Virus record (IMG/VR): IMGVR_UViG_3300033412_000015
Coordinates: 1-59,682 of that record
Strand: one strand, 5' to 3'
Length of the DNA stretch: 59,682 nucleotides
DNA from: a virus
Lineage: Duplodnaviria; Caudoviricetes
The translations under genes and the position numbers were made by a program. This document shows positions 45,923 to 54,160 of this stretch, in pieces. The first letter of the stretch is position 1; each line of letters starts with the position of its first letter. The notes beneath the pieces were generated by a model. The model did no database searches, was not told the origin of the DNA, and saw only the letters and a program-made list of their open reading frames with translations.

Positions 45923-46537
45923 ATGAACCGACCAGATACAGAAAGACTGAGAAACACACTAAACTTTGGAATGCGTGCTAGTTTTACTTTTGGTGAAATA
46001 GAGTCTCTATTGGATTACATCGATTACCTTGAAGAGAAAAGTCTTACGGAAGAAGATATTCAAGATTGGATAAATGAACGAATGAAAGAGAGCATGGAAT
46101 TCATTGCTAGTGGGAGATATTCGGACAAATATGACGCTCCTGTACCTTTTACAGTAGATTCTAAACTATTAAATCAAGCAAAATTAGACGCCAGTTTAGG
46201 TGGAATAGCAGCTTATGCGAACCACACCCTTGCAGGCGTAGCATGGCAATCAAGTTCAACTGACACTATTTGGCTAGTGACTTGTATTAATCGCACTGAT
46301 ATGCTTGTAACTTTTATAGATAGTACCCAAGAAAACGAATGGATAATTGATGTAGGCGAAGACGTTACCTTATTTGAATTGTATCAAACCTATAAGGAGA
46401 ACTTCCTCGTTCATCGTTATGGCGCACCAGAACGAGAAGACCCTATGCCCTGTGACGGCGAGCATGAATGGGAAACAATTGCACTGTTCACTTCAGAGTA
46501 CCAACGCTGCAAGCATTGCAAGAAGGAGAAAGTATGA
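45923..46537 (+). CDS. Hypothetical protein with C-terminal Zn module
   Basis: GGAGG RBS; CDGEHEW...LFT...CKHC. Confidence 0.65.
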   Translation: MNRPDTERLRNTLNFGMRASFTFGEIESLLDYIDYLEEKSLTEEDIQDWINERMKESMEFIASGRYSDKYDAPVPFTVDSKLLNQAKLDASLGGIAAYANHTLAGVAWQSSSTDTIWLVTCINRTDMLVTFIDSTQENEWIIDVGEDVTLFELYQTYKENFLVHRYGAPEREDPMPCDGEHEWETIALFTSEYQRCKHCKKEKV

Positions 46538-46992
46538 GTATCATTTATAAGATTATAATTGTACTAGGGTTAGCCATTGGAATCTTTCTTGGCGGTTACT
46601 ATACAGGTAAAGGTGACAAAGAGGTCCAGACACAGGAGAAGGTTGTATACAAGGAAGGTGAACAAAAGATTGTCTACCAGGACCGTATTGTTACAGTCAC
46701 CAAAGTGGTGCATCCTGATGGAACAACTGAAGAGACCACCAAAACGGAAGACAAGAATCAAACTACTGATACCCGGACAGCTGAAGGACAGACGGACAAG
46801 AAGCAGGACACGAAGGTAGCACTTTCCAACTATAGTATTGGCACAAGGTATTGGGCCTCTTTTCAGTCGCCTTTGGAGACTTCCTATGGTAATATTGAAA
46901 TCAATGCAGGCCGACGCATTATCGGTGACGTATGGGCCGATATTGGCGTAAAGAAAGATGCAGCTTCCGTAGGTATTCGAATACAATTTTAA
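46534..46992 (+). CDS. Membrane-anchored protein with beta-strand C-terminus (spanin-like candidate)
   Basis: N-terminal TM, T/K/E-rich linker, amphipathic strands ending VGIRIQF. Confidence 0.5.
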   Translation: MSIIYKIIIVLGLAIGIFLGGYYTGKGDKEVQTQEKVVYKEGEQKIVYQDRIVTVTKVVHPDGTTEETTKTEDKNQTTDTRTAEGQTDKKQDTKVALSNYSIGTRYWASFQSPLETSYGNIEINAGRRIIGDVWADIGVKKDAASVGIRIQF

Positions 46993-47018
46993 CCTTAATA
47001 ACAATAGGAGTATTTATC

Positions 47019-47165
47019 ATGCAAAAAGAATCACTTAACGTACGACAAACCAACACTTTCTTGGCTGGCTTTCTGTTTGCTCTGGGACGAGCGGCTGCTT
47101 TTGCAGTAATCGTTTCTATTCTCGTGGCAGTTGCAGTAGCCGTTCTCTATTTTATGCCAGGTTAA
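47019..47165 (+). CDS. Small membrane protein
   Basis: AGGAG RBS; hydrophobic, 48 aa. Confidence 0.65.
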   Translation: MQKESLNVRQTNTFLAGFLFALGRAAAFAVIVSILVAVAVAVLYFMPG

Positions 47166-47188
47166 ACCCCACATTAAAGGAGACTGCA

Positions 47189-47302
47189 ATGAGTTTTACA
47201 GTACTAGCTAATACCGTTCAAGGATTTCTGGCCGTCATTGGTTTCATCATAATGATTGCTTACATTGCCATCCTCGTGAAGCTATTTCGTGATAAGGAGT
47301 AG
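47189..47302 (+). CDS. Small membrane protein (37 aa)
   Basis: Not in the ORF track; AAGGAG RBS; MSFTVLANTVQGFLAVIGFIIMIAYIAILVKLFRDKE. Confidence 0.65.
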   Translation: MSFTVLANTVQGFLAVIGFIIMIAYIAILVKLFRDKE

Positions 47303-47723
47303 ACAATTGTACCTCGCCGACTGTGCAGAACTTGAGGACGCCGCCGAATGGATAGGCATTAACCTTTCACGGTGGGGCCGCATATCGGTCTTGCAAACAA
47401 AGGAGAAGTATGGAACTGCCCGTGTTTATTGTAAGTTTGGTCATAACGAACTGTCTGAGTTGTTCTATCCTTTTTGCGATTATCGTCCGAGGCTTGGATG
47501 GTTCGGGAGAATAGAATGGTTGCCTCGCATCTATAATTGGCTCCTTGTTCCCTATCAGCAGCGCCTGTATAGAATTATTTATGATAGGGCACTAAAGAAA
47601 TGGGGCCACCTTGCCGATGAGATACTATCTGGAGCCGACGAACCGTTGCTCCTTAGGAGGGTTTATGAGAAGTATTCTATTGATTGTAAGTGGCGCTATA
47701 CTGACGGCAGCAAGTTATGGTAA
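47289..47723 (+). CDS. Hypothetical protein (QxKEK[FY]GxxRxY family)
   Basis: LQTKEKYGTARVY; true start may be TTG 47307. Confidence 0.6.
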   Translation: MIRSRQLYLADCAELEDAAEWIGINLSRWGRISVLQTKEKYGTARVYCKFGHNELSELFYPFCDYRPRLGWFGRIEWLPRIYNWLLVPYQQRLYRIIYDRALKKWGHLADEILSGADEPLLLRRVYEKYSIDCKWRYTDGSKLW

Positions 47724-48093
47724 GCCGTTAGACAATTACCGCCTCCTTGATGCTGAGCACATCAGTGCAGATGCCTACAACACGGAGCCAGGTAAACGCG
47801 ACCCCTACATGCCTGACCACAATGGGGCTTGGAAACGAGGGGCGAATTTCAATCTAAACATGCGCCTACTGGAATTCTTCAAATGGGAGAATCGGCTACA
47901 CATGGAAGGTGGCGACAGCCGCCTCTATAGTGCTGGCTGGGAATACCGCGTCAGTATGGACCAGTGGCGAGTTCAGCCTTTTTACTATCATCACAGTAGG
48001 CACGCGCTGGACGACAGCCCAAACGGTCACTTGTTTCCCGTTGAGAATAACGTCGGTCTTCGCTTCATTTTCCTTGATAAGGAGAAGAAATAA
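47665..48093 (+). CDS. Exported protein, possible small outer-membrane beta-barrel
   Basis: AGGAGG RBS; signal peptide; alternating strands, YYHHSRH, NVGLRFIF. Confidence 0.5.
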   Translation: MRSILLIVSGAILTAASYGKPLDNYRLLDAEHISADAYNTEPGKRDPYMPDHNGAWKRGANFNLNMRLLEFFKWENRLHMEGGDSRLYSAGWEYRVSMDQWRVQPFYYHHSRHALDDSPNGHLFPVENNVGLRFIFLDKEKK

Positions 48094-48461
48094 TGTTAAC
48101 TAAAGTTCAAGGTAAAAATGTTAGAAGATGGATTAAAGCTCTTGAGAGTGGTAATTATAAACAAACTTGGGGCATTCTACGTAGAGTGTCTGGAAACAAT
48201 AAGTCCTATTGTTGCTTAGGTGTAGCCTGTCAGTTAATCTGTCCTAATCAACCTTGGCGCTGGGGAACTAATTTCATCACAAATCGTGATATCCAAAAGG
48301 CGTATGGGTTTACTTCTGGCCACGGGTTTCAGCTAGATAATTTGCCACCTATTACTGCTGTTAATGATGATACTTTTGATACAGAATTTCCTGATTATGT
48401 TAATGTACTTCCTTTTATTTGGGAGTGGTATGAAGAGAATAAATATAGGGGGAGAAAATGA
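48093..48461 (+). CDS. Hypothetical protein (WIxALxSG...CCLGV family)
   Basis: WIKALESGNYKQ...YCCLGVAC. Confidence 0.7.
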   Translation: MLTKVQGKNVRRWIKALESGNYKQTWGILRRVSGNNKSYCCLGVACQLICPNQPWRWGTNFITNRDIQKAYGFTSGHGFQLDNLPPITAVNDDTFDTEFPDYVNVLPFIWEWYEENKYRGRK

Positions 48462-48682
48462 AAATTATAGCACCCCCAGAATTCTTTGAAGAAAATTTAC
48501 TAGAAGAGGATTCTCCGTTCATCATGTATGACCCCAATAAATATAGGGTTAAGTGGATAGCTCCTGACCTCCTGACGGTAGAACCTATTCCGAAGTTTGA
48601 TAATGGAGAAGAATTAATAGCATTTTTGATAATAATCGGATTTGTAGTTCTGGTATCTCATATTATAAAGGCATGCCTATGA
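48458..48682 (+). CDS. Small protein with C-terminal TM
   Basis: LIAFLIIIGFVVLV. Confidence 0.6.
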   Translation: MKIIAPPEFFEENLLEEDSPFIMYDPNKYRVKWIAPDLLTVEPIPKFDNGEELIAFLIIIGFVVLVSHIIKACL

Positions 48683-48867
48683 ACCTAATACAAGCCATAC
48701 GTACAGATAAACCCTTCAAGCGGCGCGATTGGGTCATATGGGTAAAGGCGGCGCAAGAGGAGGGAGAGTTCTTCCTCCAAGACGTTCACATGCGCCTGTT
48801 CGTGGTCTGTTCCCTTGAGGACCTACTGGCCGATGACTGGGAAATTCAAAAGAAAGGAATGCACTGA
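48679..48867 (+). CDS. Tad2/DUF2829-like small protein
   Basis: MNLIQAI...FKRRDW...EDLLADDWEI. Confidence 0.5.
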   Translation: MNLIQAIRTDKPFKRRDWVIWVKAAQEEGEFFLQDVHMRLFVVCSLEDLLADDWEIQKKGMH

Positions 48868-48968
48868 TGCTATTTATTTTCATACAAGACCACGCAGGTC
48901 AAGCACTGTTCCTCTTACTAGTAGTTGCCATAATATGGACACTAGTTTCAATAACAAATTTGGATTAG
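48867..48968 (+). CDS. Small membrane protein (33 aa)
   Basis: Not in the ORF track; TGATG overlap, hydrophobic. Confidence 0.5.
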   Translation: MLFIFIQDHAGQALFLLLVVAIIWTLVSITNLD

Positions 48969-48980
48969 GAGATAAGAAAA

Positions 48981-49277
48981 ATGTCTAAAGTATCATTGGA
49001 GTTTACACTCCCCGAAGAACAACAGGAAATGGAACTGGCCGTCAATGCTCACCGCTACCGAGAAGCCCTATTGGATTTCTCTGAGACTGTTCTGCGCAGC
49101 ATCGTAAAGTACGATAGCGTACCGACGCAACTTAAGGTAAGCATTGAAGAGGTTCTCAGGGCCGAGTTTAGCATGGAATACAGCGCGGCCATTGAGGAAG
49201 TTATTCTTTTAACGGCCAGCTACTTGAAAGACCAATTACACGAGTCATTAAGTAACAACGAGATTTCTTTGTACTAA
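48981..49277 (+). CDS. Hypothetical protein
   Basis: LEFTLPEE...LRSIVKY pattern; AGGAG RBS. Confidence 0.7.
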   Translation: MSKVSLEFTLPEEQQEMELAVNAHRYREALLDFSETVLRSIVKYDSVPTQLKVSIEEVLRAEFSMEYSAAIEEVILLTASYLKDQLHESLSNNEISLY

Positions 49278-49299
49278 CCTATACTATAGGAGGCGTAAA

Positions 49300-49512
49300 A
49301 TGAACGTGATTGAAGCAATACGGAGGTCTTCTATAGTATATTATAGCGAGCCCTTCTCGCATACCAGTCCTACAGGAATTGTTAAATACTTCAGTCCCGG
49401 ACGGTTTGCTGCGTCTTTCATCTTGAGTCTTCTATACGGCATGGATAGAACTGCACTGTTTTCTGATGAATGGCAACCACTTGAGGAGGTAAGTATCAAT
49501 GAGCAACACTAG
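49300..49512 (+). CDS. Hypothetical protein, diverged relative of 48679
   Basis: MNVIEAI...LFSDEWQ; AGGAGG RBS. Confidence 0.6.
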   Translation: MNVIEAIRRSSIVYYSEPFSHTSPTGIVKYFSPGRFAASFILSLLYGMDRTALFSDEWQPLEEVSINEQH

Positions 49513-50977
49513 CATTCTCCAGTATTTTCCCTCGAACAAGAAGCCCCGCCGCGTGCAGGCCGAAGCTCTGGAGCAGCTCGCCGATGGATGGGCCGATAGC
49601 AACCTGATAGTTGTAAACCTCCCGGTTGCAAGTGGGAAAAGTGCTATTGCCCACACTATTGCACACTGGCAGTATGCCACACTAAAGAACAGAAGTGCTA
49701 TCTTAACGCCCACAAATATACTAGTTGAGCAGTACCTAAAGGACTTTCCTGACTTGCATAGGGTAAAGAGGATTGACCAGTATTACTGTTCATTACATAG
49801 TGAACAGACTGGCCCGCCGGTCAACTGCGCCAAGGCCCGTAGTTGGTCAGCCAGTAAGAAGCTCTGCCGCGATTGCCCCTACACAAAGGCGCTGATTAAG
49901 GCACAGAAGTGGGCACCTTCAACAATTCTTAATTACTATAGTTACTTGAGTGTCAGGCCGGACGTGCCTGTAATGATTATAGATGAAGCTCACAACTTGA
50001 TAGGCGCAATTAGGGAGCAATCGGCTAGCAAGCTGTGGCAACATTCTTTGGGTTACCCCAATAACACAGGGTCATATAATGATTTATACCAATGGGCGCT
50101 ATCCGTCAAGGACACTTTTTCAACTCCCCGTAAGAACAAGCTAATTCAGCGGGTGATTGAAGAGCTTGAGAACGGTAGAACCAGGTACTTGTTTCAGCGC
50201 ACAAGGGAAAAGTACAAGGGTGAGGAAGAGGACGTTATAAAGCTATTGCCAGTAGATGTTAGGGATGAAGCGCCTATCTTCTGGCCAAGCACCGTACAGA
50301 AGATTATCCTAATGAGTGCCACTATCAGTACCAAAGATATTGAACAACTGGGCTTAAATAAGCTTCGTTCTCTTTTCATTAATAGCGGCAGTCCTATTGC
50401 ACCAGAACGGCGACCTTTTCACCTGCACACTAGGTTGCACAATCTTGCGCATTCTAGCGTTGATGCTTCTTTGCCTGCTCTCGCGGAGGATATCAGGATT
50501 CTCCTGCGCACTAATCCTGAGAAAGGATTTATACACGCTACCTACGGAATGGCAGAGAAACTACGGCCCTTTCTTCAGGAGGAACCTCGGTTGCTTTGGC
50601 ATGATAGAGAAAATAAGATGGCAAGATACGAAGAGTTTCGTCGTGCCACGCCTGATACTGGGCGGGTGATGGTAGCTTCTGGCCTGTATGAAGGCGTCGA
50701 CTTACCACAAGATTTAGGGCGCTGGCAGGTAATTACGAAGGTACCCTGGCCCTCACTGGCCGAACAAGCAATTGTCTACCAAATGGAGAAAGACCCAGAA
50801 TGGTATGCAAATGAAGCAGTTAAAATTGTGCTTCAAGCTTACGGGCGCATCTGCCGAACAGTAGATGATTATGGGCGGACGGTAATGCTAGATAATAGCT
50901 TCAACCGTCTATACGCGGGATATTCGCACTTGTTTCCAGAATGGTTCAAAGAAGCCTTAAATAGGAGTGCAGTATGA
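49499..50977 (+). CDS. SF2 DinG/XPD-like helicase
   Basis: Q-motif PRRVQ, PVASGKS, DEAH, MSAT, EGVD, QAYGRICR; Cys cluster. Confidence 0.88.
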   Translation: MSNTSILQYFPSNKKPRRVQAEALEQLADGWADSNLIVVNLPVASGKSAIAHTIAHWQYATLKNRSAILTPTNILVEQYLKDFPDLHRVKRIDQYYCSLHSEQTGPPVNCAKARSWSASKKLCRDCPYTKALIKAQKWAPSTILNYYSYLSVRPDVPVMIIDEAHNLIGAIREQSASKLWQHSLGYPNNTGSYNDLYQWALSVKDTFSTPRKNKLIQRVIEELENGRTRYLFQRTREKYKGEEEDVIKLLPVDVRDEAPIFWPSTVQKIILMSATISTKDIEQLGLNKLRSLFINSGSPIAPERRPFHLHTRLHNLAHSSVDASLPALAEDIRILLRTNPEKGFIHATYGMAEKLRPFLQEEPRLLWHDRENKMARYEEFRRATPDTGRVMVASGLYEGVDLPQDLGRWQVITKVPWPSLAEQAIVYQMEKDPEWYANEAVKIVLQAYGRICRTVDDYGRTVMLDNSFNRLYAGYSHLFPEWFKEALNRSAV

Positions 50978-51468
50978 GCGATAATACTGAAGACAAGAAG
51001 AAATGGGATTTCAGGGACCAGCTAGTGGTGGGTAGCCGCGGCGAAGAATTGTTCCTACAACATTACCACAGTCCTCTGGTAATCTACCCCGAGCACAGAG
51101 CGGATTTCAAGAGAGTTAGCGACGGTGCCTTGGTAGAACTGAAAAGCGATACCTACAACATTGATAAGACACCCTACTTCTTCATGGAACGCTGGTCTGA
51201 TTTCCATCAGAAGAAACCAGGAGGGCCTTGGCAGTCCCGTGAGAAGAGAGTAGACGTGTTTTGCTACCTATTCGTGCGGCATAATATCTACTACGAATTC
51301 AACGATTTGAAGGTTCTCACTAAAGAATTAGATAAACTTACCGATAAGCAAGGTATGGTGTTCGTAAAGAATAAGGGCTGGGTAACGGCGGGTTTTAAAG
51401 TTCTTCGAGAAGCATTAAAAGGACTGTACACCAGATACGAGTTTAAGAATGAAGTTAACAAAAAGTGA
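50974..51468 (+). CDS. PD-(D/E)XK nuclease-like protein
   Basis: G..GE...ADF...VELKSD...FFME...PG pattern. Confidence 0.6.
   Translation: MSDNTEDKKKWDFRDQLVVGSRGEELFLQHYHSPLVIYPEHRADFKRVSDGALVELKSDTYNIDKTPYFFMERWSDFHQKKPGGPWQSREKRVDVFCYLFVRHNIYYEFNDLKVLTKELDKLTDKQGMVFVKNKGWVTAGFKVLREALKGLYTRYEFKNEVNKK
51321..51347 (+). promoter_or_regulatory. Sigma-28-type promoter
   Basis: TAAAGAAT-N11-ACCGATAA inside 50974..51468. Confidence 0.6.
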
Positions 51469-51706
51469 ATCACTGTTCTTGCTATCAATCCTGGCCGTTG
51501 TCGGCATCATAGGATTGATTGCATTATTTGCAGCCAATAGTCCACGACCTTCCCGCAGGGACGATGGTAGCTGCCCTATTGAAATCTGGCCCTGCTGCGT
51601 TTATCCGGAGAAGTGTAAGGACCTGTGGGACTGGAACTGGAATTGGAGGCAGTTGTTTACACGCGCAGTAACGAACGAAGAGAGGAGAGAGCAGTGGCAT
51701 TTATAA
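51449..51706 (+). CDS. Small membrane-anchored Cys/Trp-rich protein
   Basis: N-terminal TM, then CPIEIWPCC...C. Confidence 0.55.
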   Translation: MKLTKSESLFLLSILAVVGIIGLIALFAANSPRPSRRDDGSCPIEIWPCCVYPEKCKDLWDWNWNWRQLFTRAVTNEERREQWHL

Positions 51707-51999
51707 GCATAGATAGACAGTGCGTAGAGTGCGGCGAGATTGAATGGGCTGTCCTCATCGAACGGGAAGAGCGCGATAACTTGTTTATCTGTCCTGCCTG
51801 TGGTAAAATTGCAATGAAGCGGGCCCTCCTCAGTGCGCCAGCTCAGATGAATGTTGCACTGCCCGATGGTGTAAAACGTAAAGGTTTCAGTCAAATGGTC
51901 GAAGCGGCGAAATTAGAAGCAGCCTCCTATGATTTGCCTCCTGAGAAACGGGGAGATTTCAATAAGGCCATTCACGACTTAAAGAAGGTGAAATCATGA
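51694..51999 (+). CDS. FmdB-like zinc-ribbon protein
   Basis: CVECG...CPACG...KRALLSAP; GGAG before GTG 51694. Confidence 0.65.
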   Translation: MAFISIDRQCVECGEIEWAVLIEREERDNLFICPACGKIAMKRALLSAPAQMNVALPDGVKRKGFSQMVEAAKLEAASYDLPPEKRGDFNKAIHDLKKVKS

Positions 52000-52175
52000 A
52001 GTTTAAATTTATGAATAGGGTTAGAGTTACTGAAGGCTTCTACGAGGGATTCACTGGAAAGATTGACGACTACTACGGCGAGCCCTACAATCTTCCTTTG
52101 TATGTTGTTCGGTTGGATGGAGTAGACAGAACTCTCACCTTTTCTGAAGAACAATTAGAAAAGATAGAAAGGTAG
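51996..52175 (+). CDS. KOW/SH3-like protein (59 aa)
   Basis: Not in the ORF track; RVRVTEGFYEGFTGKI...YVVRLD. Confidence 0.7.
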   Translation: MKFKFMNRVRVTEGFYEGFTGKIDDYYGEPYNLPLYVVRLDGVDRTLTFSEEQLEKIER

Positions 52176-52199
52176 GATACCTATACGTGCGCCATCTGT

Positions 52200-52394
52200 T
52201 TGCAATGGGAAATGTATAAGGATAAGGGCGAAGTCCGCAAGATGATTGAACGCGCCCGTAAGAAGGACCCTGAACTGGTTATTGATGAAGAACACCTGCA
52301 GGCAGTTGAACGGGCTTTTCTTAAGACAGGATATGAGTCCTTTGATGGACTGGAACTTGATTGGGAAACAAATTTCATGTTTAGGAGTTTTTAG
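52200..52394 (+). CDS. Hypothetical protein
   Basis: 64 aa; start unclear, in frame with the upstream KOW ORF. Confidence 0.5.
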   Translation: MQWEMYKDKGEVRKMIERARKKDPELVIDEEHLQAVERAFLKTGYESFDGLELDWETNFMFRSF

Positions 52395-52395
52395 T

Positions 52396-52620
52396 ATGAG
52401 TATAGAGATTATAACGAAAAGACTGGATGTCATGCAGAAGGAAATTCACCAAGGACTTTCTATTGTTAACCGCGAGTTCGACGAGTTCGAGCAAGTGATT
52501 GAGCACATCATGAAAGCTCTCAAGATTTTTGACGTCAGGATAACGGAGCTAGAAACACTGGCAAAAACTGCTAACGCGCCCAAACCTATCCGTGAAGACG
52601 ATACAGGCAAGGAGTTATAA
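52396..52620 (+). CDS. Coiled-coil hypothetical protein
   Basis: AGGAG RBS before ATG 52396. Confidence 0.65.
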   Translation: MSIEIITKRLDVMQKEIHQGLSIVNREFDEFEQVIEHIMKALKIFDVRITELETLAKTANAPKPIREDDTGKEL

Positions 52621-52621
52621 G

Positions 52622-52801
52622 ATGATATGCTATAATAAGACGACAGGCTATAATAAGAAGACACAGGTATACTATCACATTATAACAGAAGGCATCTACC
52701 TGTGGGACGGTGTATTTATCTTCAACGACCGCATTGATTCTTTTCACCCCAATGCAGATACTCTACAAATGCTAGGTTACGTTAAGATAGGAGACCTTTA
52801 A
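52622..52801 (+). CDS. Hypothetical protein
   Basis: AAGGAG RBS; ends IGDL. Confidence 0.6.
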   Translation: MICYNKTTGYNKKTQVYYHIITEGIYLWDGVFIFNDRIDSFHPNADTLQMLGYVKIGDL

Positions 52802-52802
52802 T

Positions 52803-53009
52803 ATGCCCATATACGACTATAAATGCGCCCATTGCGACGCGCAAGCTACTATTGTACGGTCCGTCAGTGAAATGGAAACACCACCTGAGCCTTCGGAATT
52901 TAAGGAGATTGTCTGCACCTCTAAAGATGGGCACCAGTGGAAGCGTGAGCTAGGTACTTTCAGCCTGGTAAGGGGTAAGAACTGGTCAGGGTCGAAAGGC
53001 AACTGGTAG
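52803..53009 (+). CDS. FmdB-family zinc-ribbon protein
   Basis: MPIYDYKCAHC...GKNW. Confidence 0.75.
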   Translation: MPIYDYKCAHCDAQATIVRSVSEMETPPEPSEFKEIVCTSKDGHQWKRELGTFSLVRGKNWSGSKGNW

Positions 53010-53015
53010 CAACTT

Positions 53016-53210
53016 ATGGATAAGACAACAGTAAATGTTACACAACAGGTGTACCTGTGGCCAGAATCAGACACCTTATTCATAGTTACTACAGCACCTC
53101 ATTGGTGGATGGCCCTTGTAGAATTTGATGACATTTCACTGCCGCCGGTCCCTTTACATGAGATTGCAGAGTTTAAAAAGAATGGGACTATATTCGTGGG
53201 GGACCTTTAG
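53016..53210 (+). CDS. Hypothetical protein
   Basis: Ends VGDL, resembles 52622. Confidence 0.6.
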   Translation: MDKTTVNVTQQVYLWPESDTLFIVTTAPHWWMALVEFDDISLPPVPLHEIAEFKKNGTIFVGDL

Positions 53211-53211
53211 T

Positions 53212-53418
53212 GTGACCAGTAAGGAAATAAAACAATTCTTGAAAGGGTACGACAGTGACCTTATTTTCATGTTTACCAGGTTAGGCCTGTTAGAAGAGGT
53301 TGCTGCTACGGCCAGAGACGTCGTTGAATTTGCTAGTGAATCTTATGTAAAGAAATTACAGAAAGCATTAGATGCACTGGAGGACACTAAAGTTTTTCCG
53401 ATTTCTGCCGATAAGTAG
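53212..53418 (+). CDS. Hypothetical protein
   Basis: GTG start directly after the previous stop. Confidence 0.55.
   Translation: MTSKEIKQFLKGYDSDLIFMFTRLGLLEEVAATARDVVEFASESYVKKLQKALDALEDTKVFPISADK
53388..53414 (+). promoter_or_regulatory. Perfect-consensus sigma-28 promoter
   Basis: TAAAGTTT-N11-GCCGATAA, followed by AGGAGGAGG RBS. Confidence 0.9.
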
Positions 53419-53437
53419 AGTAGGAGGAGGAACTAGT

Positions 53438-54115
53438 ATGAAAATAGCATCAGTAATATTAACATTAACCTTAGGCAGCTGTGGAGGCTGGGAAAGGCGT
53501 GACTGTTATGCAGACGGACAAAACTGTAAAGGGAAAGATACTCAAGATGAGGAAACCCAAAAGACAATGGGTTCTCCTGGCCCCCGCGGTCCCCAAGGAG
53601 CTCCTGGCAAAGATGGAGAAACTGGCCCTAGTGGACAAGAAGGGGCACCTGGACCTGCTGGGAATGATGGTGCGGCAGGAAAAGATGGCGAGAAAGGCGA
53701 CCCGGGCACTAGTGCAGCGATATCTATTATCAACACTGCTCCTGGGTGTGGTACTTCAGGTGGCATTACTGTACTTGTGGCCCAAGATACTAATGCTAAT
53801 GGGACAGTAGACGTTGGTATAGATAATGCAATCCAATCCGCTGAAGTCTGCAACGGCGCAGATGCTACTGTCGATAACCCCTTTATGCCAGCTGCACTGG
53901 TAAACCCTTGTGGCGATGCTCCAGGAATCTGGGACGAGATTTTCCTACGCCTAGCGAATGGTCAGCTTGTAGCTAGCTTCAGTGATAATGCAAATGGAAA
54001 CAATACAAGGTTTAGCATCCTAACGCCAGGTACCTACGAGACGACAGATGGCGACAATTGCATGTTTACAGTTGATAATTCCTTACAAATTATAAACGAG
54101 AGTCATCATTACTGA
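53438..54115 (+). CDS. Collagen-like lipoprotein
   Basis: Lipobox LGSC; run of Gly-X-Y triplets; Cys-containing C-terminal domain. Confidence 0.8.
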   Translation: MKIASVILTLTLGSCGGWERRDCYADGQNCKGKDTQDEETQKTMGSPGPRGPQGAPGKDGETGPSGQEGAPGPAGNDGAAGKDGEKGDPGTSAAISIINTAPGCGTSGGITVLVAQDTNANGTVDVGIDNAIQSAEVCNGADATVDNPFMPAALVNPCGDAPGIWDEIFLRLANGQLVASFSDNANGNNTRFSILTPGTYETTDGDNCMFTVDNSLQIINESHHY

Positions 54116-54160
54116 AAGGGGTAGGCTTATGAAATACGCGCACGACCAAAGGGAGGAGCA

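Noticed and set aside
38683-49600. Isolated GCCGATAG words at about 38702, 41864 and 49592
   Set aside because: No TAAA-type -35 element at the right spacing, and all are mid-gene
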